Origin: Lacisediminihabitans sp.
GTDB lineage: Bacteria; Actinomycetota; Actinomycetes; Actinomycetales; Microbacteriaceae
DNA length: 64,000 nt
Direction of reading: 5' to 3'
Assembly (NCBI RefSeq): GCF_043726815.1
Contig: NZ_JAYSJZ010000103.1
Span: forward strand, 9,870-73,869
Positions 36,868-45,332 of this stretch are shown here, one piece after another (position 1 is the stretch's first letter; each line of letters starts with the position of its first letter). The notes below the pieces were generated by a model, which made no database searches, was not told the origin of the DNA, and worked only from the letters and a program-made list of their open reading frames with translations. The position numbers were made by a program, and so were the translations under genes.

Positions 36868-37530
36868 GTGACCATTTCCCTTCAAGCCTCCCTCTTCGAC
36901 GTCGCCGATGCCGCAGCGGCTCTCGAACCTCTCCCGGGCACCGTGAGGCGGATCACCCTCGAGCACGGGGCATGGATCGACCTCCGACCGGGCTGGGTGG
37001 CCAACTCCGATGAGCTCTTCGAGCGCCTCGTCGACCGGGTCACCTGGAAGGCCGACAGTCGACAGATGTACGACCGGGTCGTGGCGGTGCCCCGACTCGT
37101 GTCATGGTTCGGCTCGTCGGCGTCGTTCCCCGATCCGCTTCTCGGCGAAGCACTCATCGCTCTCAACGACCACTACGACGCACCAGAAGAGCAGGTCTTC
37201 GAAACCGCCGGCCTCTGCTTCTACCGCACGGGTGACGACAGCGTCGCCTGGCACGGCGATCGGGTCGGCCGCGCCATCGATCGGGACACGATGGTCGCCA
37301 TCGTGTCGGTCGGCGCCGAGCGGACCCTCTCGGTGCGACCGCGGGGTGGGGGCGAAACCCAGCGGTTTCCGCTCGGACACGGCGACCTCATCGTGATGGG
37401 CGGCAGTTGCCAACGCACCCACGAACACGCGATCCTCAAGACGAAACGGGCCGTCGGGCCGAGAATCAGCGTGCAGTTCCGCCCGAGATGGTCGCGGGCG
37501 GGCGCGCCTAGTCGGGGCGTGTCTCAGTAG
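36868..37530 (+). CDS. alkB: Fe(II)/2-oxoglutarate-dependent dioxygenase AlkB
   Basis: 220 aa. It has the SVAWHGD (HxD) and HEHAI iron ligands, RISVQFR (2OG-binding Arg), and an AlkB-like N-terminal lid. Confidence 0.85.
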   Translation: MTISLQASLFDVADAAAALEPLPGTVRRITLEHGAWIDLRPGWVANSDELFERLVDRVTWKADSRQMYDRVVAVPRLVSWFGSSASFPDPLLGEALIALNDHYDAPEEQVFETAGLCFYRTGDDSVAWHGDRVGRAIDRDTMVAIVSVGAERTLSVRPRGGGETQRFPLGHGDLIVMGGSCQRTHEHAILKTKRAVGPRISVQFRPRWSRAGAPSRGVSQ

Positions 37531-38207
37531 CTCGGCTTGACCCTGATCTCGTTGTGCACCGAGGTGACATGGGGTGAGCGCCAGGCCGAGAGGGACGCCT
37601 GCCTCTTCTCGGCCCACGAGCGCACCTCGCCGGTGATCGTGGCCACGGTTCCGTCGATCGAGACGTGGATGTGACTCGCGTCCAGTTGCGCGTTGCGCAC
37701 GATGGCCCGGCGGATTCGCTCCTCCGTGTCGGATGCCGACGGTCGTCTGCTCAGTTCGATGCGGCTATCGAGAAATCGCACGCCCGGAAGGTGTTCGACG
37801 GCTCGCCGCGCGCCTTCCCGCTCGTGGTTCCACTCGACCTCGCCCTGGAGCGTGACCGTGCCATCCCGCACCTCGACAGTGATCGCTCCGGAAGGAATCG
37901 TCGTCTCGCGCGCGAGAGCATCCAGCACGGCGTGAGCGATGTGGGTGTCGCTCTGGACAGCCTCCGCGGCGAGATCGACGGTGAGATCGTCCGCCACGCT
38001 CAGAACGCCCCGAACTCCCATCGCGGCCTCGGTCGCGGCGATCCGCTCGGCAAAGCTGCGCACCTCGCCGGTGAGGGTCACCACGCCGTCGTGCACCGAC
38101 ACGCCGATACGGGCGGGATCCACTTCCGGCGTCCAGAGCAACTCCTCCTCGACCTCCTCTTTTACAGTGAGGTCGTCGCCTGCCGGGGAATCGGATGGGG
38201 TGGTCAT
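37524..38207 (-). CDS. BON-domain protein (three BON repeats, OsmY-like)
   Basis: The repeated pattern V..G.VTL.G.V.S..E...A is seen in VHDGVVTLTGEVRSFAER, VRDGTVTLQGEVEWNHER and IDGTVATITGEVRSWAEK. Confidence 0.85.
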   Translation of the reverse strand: MTTPSDSPAGDDLTVKEEVEEELLWTPEVDPARIGVSVHDGVVTLTGEVRSFAERIAATEAAMGVRGVLSVADDLTVDLAAEAVQSDTHIAHAVLDALARETTIPSGAITVEVRDGTVTLQGEVEWNHEREGARRAVEHLPGVRFLDSRIELSRRPSASDTEERIRRAIVRNAQLDASHIHVSIDGTVATITGEVRSWAEKRQASLSAWRSPHVTSVHNEIRVKPSY

Positions 38208-38282
38208 TCGGCAATGATGCGCGCGAGAGCCGTGGACGCGTAGGGGACAAAGACCCGAGGTTCCCTTTTCACCGAGGCGAGA

Positions 38283-38701
38283 TCATCGCCGGTTTCGCGG
38301 GATGGAGGAGACAAGTCGAACGAGGTAGATCACCGCGCCGGCCAGGGTGACGAGCGCTCCGAGGCGATAGACCCAGAGCAACACGACGACCACCAACGAG
38401 ATCGGCGACGCCACGCTACCCCCTACATCCGGAGCGGGGCGCGCGGTCACGGCGAGGACCAGAACGAGCGCGCCGATGGCTACCGTGGCGAGCATGGAGA
38501 TCCAGGCCAGCCGGGGCAGGCGCACCTTCGAGAGGAGACGCACGGCGACGCCGAGCGCGATCACGCCCAGAAGGGCGAGGCCCCCTCGAGCGGGTCGATC
38601 AGGCCGAGAACCAGCAAGGGAATCGCCACGACCGCGAGCACCACGGCGGTGATCCTTCGAGGCCTGCTGGGCAATTGCGTGCTCGACAGGGGTGGGGTCA
38701 T
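38283..38701 (-). pseudogene. Small multi-TM membrane protein gene split by a frameshift at a C5/G5 run
   Basis: The ORF from ATG 38701 (MTPPLSS...LGLIDPLEG) stops at 38561. The hydrophobic reading continues in the -1 frame (GLALLGVIALGVAV...) down to 38283. The junction coincides with ccccc at 38581-38585, and one extra G on the coding strand would restore a single ORF. Confidence 0.5.
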
Positions 38702-38835
38702 GGGCCAAGGTTCGCATTGGCCATCGGGTCGTGGAGAGTCGAAGGTCCCTCCACCCCCGGGCACGGCGAAGCATGGTTAACGCCGCAAGCACCCCAACGG
38801 GTCGCGGACGATCGAGAACCGGGTGCCGATCAGAC

Positions 38836-39063
38836 TCAGGCCATCGTGAGCTCAGCGGGCCGGCCCGTGGTGATCTGTCGTAGCTCTTGCCTGGCGTCGT
38901 GTTCGACCAGCACCGGGATGTACTCGCGGATCGGATTGCCGTCGAGGGCCTGGTGCGCCTCACGCACGGCACGCTCGACCTCGTTTCGTCCGAGGCGGGG
39001 GAACTTCTCGGCGAGACGATCGATGACCACGGCCACGGCCTCGGCCTCTCTGTCGGCATCCAT
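38836..39063 (-). CDS. Small helical protein (three-helix-bundle-like), unknown function
   Basis: 75 aa: VIDRLAEKFPRLGRNEVERAVREAHQALDGNPIREYIPVLVEHDARQEL. GC3 pattern is coding-like. Confidence 0.55.
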   Translation of the reverse strand: MDADREAEAVAVVIDRLAEKFPRLGRNEVERAVREAHQALDGNPIREYIPVLVEHDARQELRQITTGRPAELTMA

Positions 39064-39147
39064 TCGCTAATTCTGAACCCATATCCTGATGGCGTCAAAG
39101 CCCGGATTGTTGCACCGGCACGGGCCGCCCAGAGAGCCCCACCCGCG

Positions 39148-39816
39148 TCAGCGGCTCGATGTGCCCGCGCGCCGCGCATCAGGATGTTCCTCGGGGAGGG
39201 CATGGCGGTCCCCGCCCCTCAGCAACGCCAGGTTTCTGGCCTCCCAGTCGCGCAGCGCGCGCCGCTGCGGCTCGACCGCCTTCCATTCGGCACAGACCGC
39301 GGTGGACTTGCCACAGGTGCACGACGTGCCTGTCGTGTCGGCGTCCCGATGCAGGCACTCGATCCGCCACAGCGCGGCCATGATCCGGTCGTTAAGTCGC
39401 TGGGAGAGCTCGATCTTTCGTTCCGCCCGACGGATGACCTCGGTCTCGACCAGGCCGCGCGCGCCGCCGAGGTCTGAGCCCTCGAACGAGTCGGCGATGG
39501 ATCCACTGAGTTCGGCAACCCGCGCGCGAAGTTCGGCGATCTCGGCATCCGCGGCACGCCGTGCCGCGGTCGCCTCGGCGACGAATCGGCCGTGCTCTTC
39601 CACGGCCTCGCCGTACAGTTCCGACCACATCGCCACGTGATCCGCGTCCCGCTTCTCGGCCTTGTCCCCACCGAAATGCCGTGTACAGAAGGCACAGACC
39701 ACCTGGTCGGTCGGCGAGGCGAACCTGAACGGCTGAACCATGCGGCAGCAGCGACACTCCGCGTCGATTGCCACATGGAGTGGATATGAATGAGGCACCT
39801 GGGCTCCTGCCGGCAT
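39148..39816 (-). CDS. Cys-rich coiled-coil hypothetical protein
   Basis: N-terminal CxCC...CxxC cluster, a central Ala/Arg/Glu coiled coil, and a C-terminal C...CxC...C cluster. The start is uncertain (39816 or ATG 39741). Confidence 0.55.
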   Translation of the reverse strand: MPAGAQVPHSYPLHVAIDAECRCCRMVQPFRFASPTDQVVCAFCTRHFGGDKAEKRDADHVAMWSELYGEAVEEHGRFVAEATAARRAADAEIAELRARVAELSGSIADSFEGSDLGGARGLVETEVIRRAERKIELSQRLNDRIMAALWRIECLHRDADTTGTSCTCGKSTAVCAEWKAVEPQRRALRDWEARNLALLRGGDRHALPEEHPDARRAGTSSR

Positions 39817-39884
39817 GGTTCGCTGGGAGAAGCGTATCGAGACCGGGGGAGGAGCGTCGCAACCCGGCCCCTAGGATCAACCCC

Positions 39885-40949
39885 ATGGAAGGCTCGATGG
39901 ATCGCGCTCGCACGCCGGACGACCTGCTGTCCGGCCCGCGCGGGCGACGGCTCTGCCTCGCCGTGGCGGAACTTCTCGGCCCGGGGGTTCGTGCGGCCCT
40001 GCCCGTGTTCGCTGCCGCGCCGCTCGCCGACGAGGTGCGGGAGGCCCTCGCCGCGCTGCTCGGCGAGATCGACCCGACGACGATTTCGGCCCTCGAGGAA
40101 CGCGGAGACAATGGGCTCTGGGGCGCGCTAGGGGAGACCACCGAGGTCGCACGCTACTGGCAGGAGCCAGACGAGAATCATGCGATTCTCGCTCAACCCA
40201 CGATCCTCGCCGCGCTCCGTCCCGTCGCCGAGGCCATCTGCGCCGATCCGCGCACTGCCTGGTGGGCCAGCCCGATGGACACGCGCCGGCAACGGCACGT
40301 GCGCTGGCTGGACGACTCGCCGTCCGTACCCCTCGCCACCGCCGGCGCCGCCGGGAGGCTCGCGTCCTGGAGGGCGGCGACACTCACCGACGAGCGTGAG
40401 AGCGCGACACGACCATCGGATCCGACCGCCATGGTCAGCGGCCAGTGGTGGTCCATCCCGGCGCTGGTCGGCCTCCCCTCCACGACCAGCAGCCGGCCGG
40501 GTCTCGCCGCGATCGGCCTCGCGCTGGTCGAGGACGGCTTGGGCTGGCAAGAGGCCCTGGTCACTCCCGTGGCGGTTCGGCCCGGCATCCGCGTCTACGA
40601 GATCACCGGGGCAGCGGCCTGGTCGACCCTGGCCACGCGGTACCCCCTCGACCTGAGCCTGTCGCGACGACACGACTGGTGGAGGACCACGGGCGAGGCG
40701 ACTCGCTGGGTGATTCCGGATTGGGAAGCCGTCTCCCACGACTTCGACGCCGTGCACCTCACCGTGTGGGGGTACCTGTGCGCAGCCGGGCGAGCAATCG
40801 TCGCTGGCGAGGCCAAGACTGTTCTGGCGGGCTGGGATCCCGACCGCACCTATTGGCTCACCGACGTTCTCGCTGGCGAACTCCCGGCGACCGAGTGGCA
40901 TCGGACCGTTGGCCAGGCGTTGTCCTGGAGCCCGGCCGGCACCGAATAG
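39885..40949 (+). CDS. Hypothetical protein (354 aa)
   Basis: ATG 39885 was chosen to avoid overlap with the divergent gene. The frame is GC3-rich throughout. No family is recognised by eye. Confidence 0.55.
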   Translation: MEGSMDRARTPDDLLSGPRGRRLCLAVAELLGPGVRAALPVFAAAPLADEVREALAALLGEIDPTTISALEERGDNGLWGALGETTEVARYWQEPDENHAILAQPTILAALRPVAEAICADPRTAWWASPMDTRRQRHVRWLDDSPSVPLATAGAAGRLASWRAATLTDERESATRPSDPTAMVSGQWWSIPALVGLPSTTSSRPGLAAIGLALVEDGLGWQEALVTPVAVRPGIRVYEITGAAAWSTLATRYPLDLSLSRRHDWWRTTGEATRWVIPDWEAVSHDFDAVHLTVWGYLCAAGRAIVAGEAKTVLAGWDPDRTYWLTDVLAGELPATEWHRTVGQALSWSPAGTE

Positions 40950-41039
40950 GCGGACCAAAGTCCCGGCAGACGTGCCGACGGCGGTCTTACGGTGTGACTG
41001 AGTCGACGACGCGCGTCGCCTCCTCTACCCGAGGCGGGA

Positions 41040-41327
41040 GTGGCGATGACTGCCGTGGCCGGCGAATGGATGCTCGAGGGTGTTGCCGTTGTCGAGGTCT
41101 CGAACACGCTCTGGAAGATCCATGACTTGCGCGGCGCGGACCAGGCGGCACGCCAGTTGATCGGGAGCGTCCGCAAGATCGGCAACCTCTATGGCGCGAG
41201 TTCGGTCCGTTTCCCGTCTGAGCGACCGTATTTCGACGACTTCGACCGGGCTGTCCGCTACGTGGTGCGGCTGTCGTCGCTCGACGATGCGCAACTGACG
41301 GGCAGTGGGTCGGTCGCACCGGCCTAG
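41040..41327 (+). CDS. Hypothetical protein (95 aa)
   Basis: GTG start and a coding-like GC3 pattern. Its stop overlaps the convergent small ORF within a CTAG. Confidence 0.45.
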   Translation: MAMTAVAGEWMLEGVAVVEVSNTLWKIHDLRGADQAARQLIGSVRKIGNLYGASSVRFPSERPYFDDFDRAVRYVVRLSSLDDAQLTGSGSVAPA

Positions 41328-41533
41328 CCGAGCGAGCCGCGCTCCCTCCGCCGGTGGGTCAACGGATGAGGTCCGAGCCGTGCGTGGAGCAGTGAGTGCC
41401 TAACCTGATCGTTGAGCTGCGACGCGACTACGCGCAGCAGCGGGGCCGACAGGGCCGGCACCGGGGCATACGGATGCTCGGGATCGGGGAATTCTGCACT
41501 TTGCGATGAAAAGACGTCGGGTTCGTCTCTCAT
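41324..41533 (-). CDS. Hypothetical small protein (69 aa)
   Basis: ATG 41533 is preceded by a strong GAGGAGG 9 nt upstream. No family is recognised. Confidence 0.4.
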   Translation of the reverse strand: MRDEPDVFSSQSAEFPDPEHPYAPVPALSAPLLRVVASQLNDQVRHSLLHARLGPHPLTHRRRERGSLG

Positions 41534-41974
41534 GGTCGCTGACCTCCTCACGGAAACTCGTCAACCTGTGACGCCTATCGTGCCACCAACGTCCCTTCTC
41601 CGACAGGGACTTAGGACACCGTGGCCGGCCGACCGGGCATCGATGGATCCGCGCGACGCGGCCCGGTCGGTTCGGGACTTTCGGCACATCGGCGAGTCGC
41701 GCGGGATGGCACTCTGGCCGAAGTGGCGCGGAGCCCGCCACCCCCGGACACCGCGGCCGGCCGGCGCCGACCCGAACGACACCGGCCGGCCGCGGCACCG
41801 CCCCGTGCGCAATCGGCCTCAGAGGGACCTAAGCCCCTAATCGGTCGAGCGAAGTCCGCCAGGATCGAAGGTGCCCGGCTGAGGGAGCGTTTGCGTCCGT
41901 TCGGCCACATCTCCCCAGACCCTCGGAGTGGAGCGAACAATGGACCTCAACTCGTGATCGGCCTGGCGCGGACG

Positions 41975-42220
41975 ATGCTCGCCGAGACGTCGGAGGATCG
42001 CGCCAGGACGACGAGGAACACCCGGCCGGTCTGCATCCATCACGGCGGTCGCAAATTCGTCGCCTCGGCGGAAATGGCAGGGATCTTCCTGCATCACGCC
42101 CAAGGACTCATCGACGATGGTGACGCTCAACTCGTGCCGCTGCTGCATCGCGAGGGTGTGGAATTGCTCCTGATCTCGGCCACCACTCCGCTCTCGGTGC
42201 ATTTCGCCGCGCCGAACTAG
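41975..42220 (+). CDS. Hypothetical small protein (81 aa)
   Basis: GC3 rises sharply in this frame from ~41954. Candidate starts are ATG 41975 or GTG 41954. The antisense ORF 41837..42316 has poorer GC3. Confidence 0.4.
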   Translation: MLAETSEDRARTTRNTRPVCIHHGGRKFVASAEMAGIFLHHAQGLIDDGDAQLVPLLHREGVELLLISATTPLSVHFAAPN

Positions 42221-42234
42221 CCCCGCGGCCCTAG

Positions 42235-42465
42235 GCCGGGAGGCCACCGATCTCGCCCGGTGGGCTGGTGATCGTGGAGGGCGTGCTCGTTCCGGCGACC
42301 GTGGCGTTTGGCGCACCGCACTCCACCGCGCCTCTGGCGGTGATCGGCTGGCGCCTGCTCCAGTACTGGCTGCCGATCCCGCTGTCGCTGCTCGCCTACC
42401 TCTCGCTCACGCTCGACGGAGCTGGTCGCCGGCGCCGGTCACGGCCGAGCTCTCCGCCGCAATGA
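42235..42465 (+). pseudogene. C-terminal remnant of an LPG_synthase_TM / flippase-like (UPF0104) membrane protein gene
   Basis: The frame opens right after a TAG at 42232. It reads ISPGGLVIVEGVLVPATVAFG...WRLLQYWLPIPLSLLAYL, which matches only the last ~2 TM of that family. The N-terminal ~250 codons are absent. Confidence 0.5.
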
Positions 42466-44284
42466 GGTCGTAGTCGACGCCGCCATCGACAGTCTCACGC
42501 TCGACGAGCAGTGAGGACAGCAGGTCGAGAACCCCGCGGTGGGCGGTGATGAGTTGGATGGCGCGGGCCTCGGCCTCCCGAAGCAGTCGAGCCACCTCGC
42601 CGTCGACGGCGGCCTGCGTGTCGTCGGAATACGGCCGATCGAAGAACGAACCGCTCCCATTGTCGGCGTGTGAATAGCTCACCGGACCGAGGCGCGGCGA
42701 CAGGCCGAACTCCCGCACCATCCTCGTGGCCAGGGCTGTCGCCCCCAGCAGGTCGTTGCTCGCGCCGGACGAGCCCTGGCCGAAGGCCACGATCTCGGCC
42801 GCCCGGCCGCCGAGCCGCACGGCCAGGTCGTCGGTGAGATAGTCCTGACCGTACAGGTGGCGCTCCACCTCGGGCAGCTGATGAGTAGCGCCCAGGCTCT
42901 CACCGGCCGGAAGGATGGTGATCTTGGAGACAGGGTCGGCCCGGGGGCACAGCGCTGCCACGAGGGCGTGCCCGGACTCGTGAACGGCGATCGCCTCCTT
43001 CTCCTCGGGAAGCAGCACGGTCGAGTTGTCTCGGCGTCCCAACACCAGACGATCCCGGGCGGCATCGAAGTCGGCCTGGGTGATGCTGTCGCGGGAATTG
43101 CGCACGGCCTCGATCGCCGCCTCGTTCGCGAGATTGGCCAGATCGGCTCCCGAGAAGCCGGGAGTGCCGCGCGCGATCACGTCGAAGTCCACACCCGTCT
43201 CGATCGGCTTGCCCAGGCAGTGGACCATGAGGATGGCCCGTCGTTCGGAGACCATCGGCAGCGGCACGCTGATCCTGCGATCGAAACGCCCCGGGCGAAG
43301 CAGGGCGGCGTCGAGCAGATCGGGCCTGTTCGTGGCGGCCAGCACCACGACGCCACTGGCGGCGTCGAAGCCGTCCATCTCGGCCAGCAGCTGATTGAGC
43401 GTCTGTTCGCGCTCGTCATTCGAGACGAACGACGAGGTGCCGGATCGCCGCTGACCGATCGAGTCGATCTCGTCGATGAAGACGATGGCCGGAGCGCGGG
43501 TGCGGGCCTCCTTGAACAGGTCTCGCACGCGCGAGGCGCCAACACCCACGAACATCTCGACGAAACTCGATCCGTCGACGGAGAAGAACGGCACCCCCGC
43601 TTCGCCGGCCACCGCCCGCGCCAGCAACGTCTTGCCCGTGCCCGGTGGGCCGACCATGAGGGCACCGCGGGGGATCTTCGCCCCCAGCCTGCGATATCGA
43701 TCCGGCGTGCGAAGAAAATCGACGATCTCCGAGACCTCGGCCTTCACGCCCTCGTATCCCGCGACATCCGCGAAGGTGGTCCTGGGACCGGTCGACTCAA
43801 ACAGCTTGCCCTTGGACCGGGCGAATCCGAATAGTCCCTGGGCGTCCCCCTGCGACCTCGCCATTCGCCACCATAACCAACCGAGCACTACGAAGGGAAG
43901 CAGCGTGAAGGCCCATCCGGCGAGGGTCGACCAGATCGACGAGGTCGCGGCCGGAACGGCGGTCACGTCCACCTTCGCCGCCTTGAGCGTCTCGAGGAGG
44001 GTCACGTCGACGACCGGGATCGCCGTGGTGAACAGGGTGCCCGCCTTCATCGTGCCTGCGGCCGCGCCATCTGCCGAGATCGAGACATCGGAGACCCTCC
44101 CGGCCTCCACGGCCGTGAGGAACTTGGAGTAGCTCAGGTTCTCGGCGGAGGATCCGGGCAGGGCGATCGAGAAGAGGTAGACCCCTGCCGCGATCAAGAC
44201 CACGGACAGCGCCACCCAGCGGATCCACTGGTGCCTGCCGAAGAAGCCCGGCTTGCGCTGGTCACTCGAGTCGGGGGCATCCAT
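42407..44284 (-). CDS. ftsH: FtsH-family ATP-dependent zinc metalloprotease (probable paralog)
   Basis: Two N-terminal TM segments, Walker A GPPGTGKT, Walker [13 protein letters not shown] region [19 protein letters not shown], and zinc motif HESGHAL; 625 aa. Confidence 0.9.
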   Translation of the reverse strand: MDAPDSSDQRKPGFFGRHQWIRWVALSVVLIAAGVYLFSIALPGSSAENLSYSKFLTAVEAGRVSDVSISADGAAAGTMKAGTLFTTAIPVVDVTLLETLKAAKVDVTAVPAATSSIWSTLAGWAFTLLPFVVLGWLWWRMARSQGDAQGLFGFARSKGKLFESTGPRTTFADVAGYEGVKAEVSEIVDFLRTPDRYRRLGAKIPRGALMVGPPGTGKTLLARAVAGEAGVPFFSVDGSSFVEMFVGVGASRVRDLFKEARTRAPAIVFIDEIDSIGQRRSGTSSFVSNDEREQTLNQLLAEMDGFDAASGVVVLAATNRPDLLDAALLRPGRFDRRISVPLPMVSERRAILMVHCLGKPIETGVDFDVIARGTPGFSGADLANLANEAAIEAVRNSRDSITQADFDAARDRLVLGRRDNSTVLLPEEKEAIAVHESGHALVAALCPRADPVSKITILPAGESLGATHQLPEVERHLYGQDYLTDDLAVRLGGRAAEIVAFGQGSSGASNDLLGATALATRMVREFGLSPRLGPVSYSHADNGSGSFFDRPYSDDTQAAVDGEVARLLREAEARAIQLITAHRGVLDLLSSLLVERETVDGGVDYDLIAAESSAVTGAGDQLRRA

Positions 44285-44509
44285 TGTTCAAGAGTGGCTG
44301 CAGGCGTGCGGCAGGGTATGGTCCAAAGTCCTCCCATTGCGCCGCACCGGGCGCGCTACCAGCCGAGCGGCGCGCCATCCACACGCGTTTCTCCGGAGGT
44401 TCGGTTCACGGAGGCCCGAATTGCCGCCTAAAAGCCCGACTTCGGCCAGTTGAGCGGCAACCCTCCGGAGAAACGCGCGGGCGGGACCTATTAGGCGAGG
44501 CCGGGGAGG

Positions 44510-44836
44510 TCAGCGGGCGGTGCCGCCGGCGGTCTCGTACGACCACAGTTCGCTGCTGACACCCACGTGCGCGGGAGCCGGCCCGCCGGATCGCTCGGAC
44601 TCGCTGCGATGACCGTGGCCGAACGCGGGGGAGTTCACCCAGGACTGGAACGACTCCTCGTCTGACCAACGGGTCACCACGAGCCAGGTGGTGCGATCGT
44701 CGGTGGGTTTGAGAAGTTCGAAGCCCTCGAAGCCCGGCCGATCGTCGACGGCGCCGGCACGGGCGGCGAATCGTTTCGCCAACTCGTCCCCGCTGTCGCT
44801 GGGAACCGTGATGGCGTTGATCTTAATGACAGTCAT
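44510..44836 (-). CDS. Antibiotic-biosynthesis-monooxygenase (ABM) fold protein, IsdG/MhuD-like size
   Basis: ATG 44836 with AAGGAAG upstream; 108 aa. The pattern is MTVIKINAITVP...FEGFELLKP...WLVVTRWSDEESFQSW. Confidence 0.75.
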   Translation of the reverse strand: MTVIKINAITVPSDSGDELAKRFAARAGAVDDRPGFEGFELLKPTDDRTTWLVVTRWSDEESFQSWVNSPAFGHGHRSESERSGGPAPAHVGVSSELWSYETAGGTAR

Positions 44837-44921
44837 GGGACTTCTTCCTTGCGTCGGTGCGGGGTGGTAGCACCATGCTGGCATCGCCCGCTGCGAGTTT
44901 GGTGGCGATGGCGGCCCACCA

Positions 44922-44951
44922 TTGACAATTGGTCGCGTTCAGCGCGATACT
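44922..44951 (+). promoter_or_regulatory. Sigma-70-like promoter candidate (TTGACA-18 nt-GATACT) pointing into a gene-free stretch
   Basis: ttgaca lies at 44922-44927 and gatact at 44946-44951. The -10 is embedded in the palindrome ATACTcggcAGTAT. Confidence 0.3.
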
Positions 44952-45187
44952 CGGCAGTATTCGGGGGACGGGGTTTCCTTCGGACCGGACCCACCACCTG
45001 TCGCGACCTCACGCCGGCTGCGACGCCGCAGCATCCGTTTGCCACTGGTAGTGAAGGGGATCACTGTGCAGGCTGCATTCTTCGGGGAGACTGGGCCGAT
45101 TCGCATCCCGGTTCCAGGGAAGTCAAGGGGCACGGGCGACCGGCCGACAGACGACGATCCGATTCCCGCACACCCGGAGGCCCGAAT

Positions 45188-45214
45188 GCGGGCTCGGTCG
45201 ACGACCGAGCCCGC
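45188..45214. terminator. Perfect 12-bp GC-rich hairpin without a U-tract (candidate terminator for the ABC operon and/or a plus-strand RNA)
   Basis: gcgggctcggtc-gac-gaccgagcccgc lies 119 nt past the stop of the minus-strand permease gene. Confidence 0.4.
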
Positions 45215-45332
45215 ACCCGTCCTCCACGAGGACACGCCGTGACAGACCCGAACTGGCTCGGCGTGCACCAGTATTCAGTATTTGTTCACCTCCACGCAAC
45301 TGCTGGTTAATACCGCGGCCGACCTGCGGTGA

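Noticed and set aside
41561-41940. ORFs 41561..41812(-), 41611..41940(-), 41400..41798(-), 41412..41840(+) and the N-terminal part of 41621..42220(+).
   Set aside because: The translations are Arg/Pro/Gly-rich with no hydrophobic periodicity, GC3 is weak in every frame, and there are no ribosome-binding sites.
44990-45110. A cobalamin riboswitch on the plus strand (GCCACTGG, GAAGGGGA and GGGGAGACTGGGCC resemble B12-element boxes).
   Set aside because: The conserved AAxAGGGAA / GGTGxAAxTCC core and a proper B12 box (AGCCAGGAGACCTGCC) are not present. No plus-strand gene follows to be regulated. The region is kept only as a generic structured-RNA candidate pending cmscan.
45085-45125. The tRNA-like T-loop sequence GGTTCCA and a possible tRNA, tmRNA or RNase P gene in the 44.8-45.3 kb gap.
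   Set aside because: I could build no acceptor/anticodon cloverleaf. The tmRNA and RNase P signature sequences (for example GAGGAAAGTCC) are absent.
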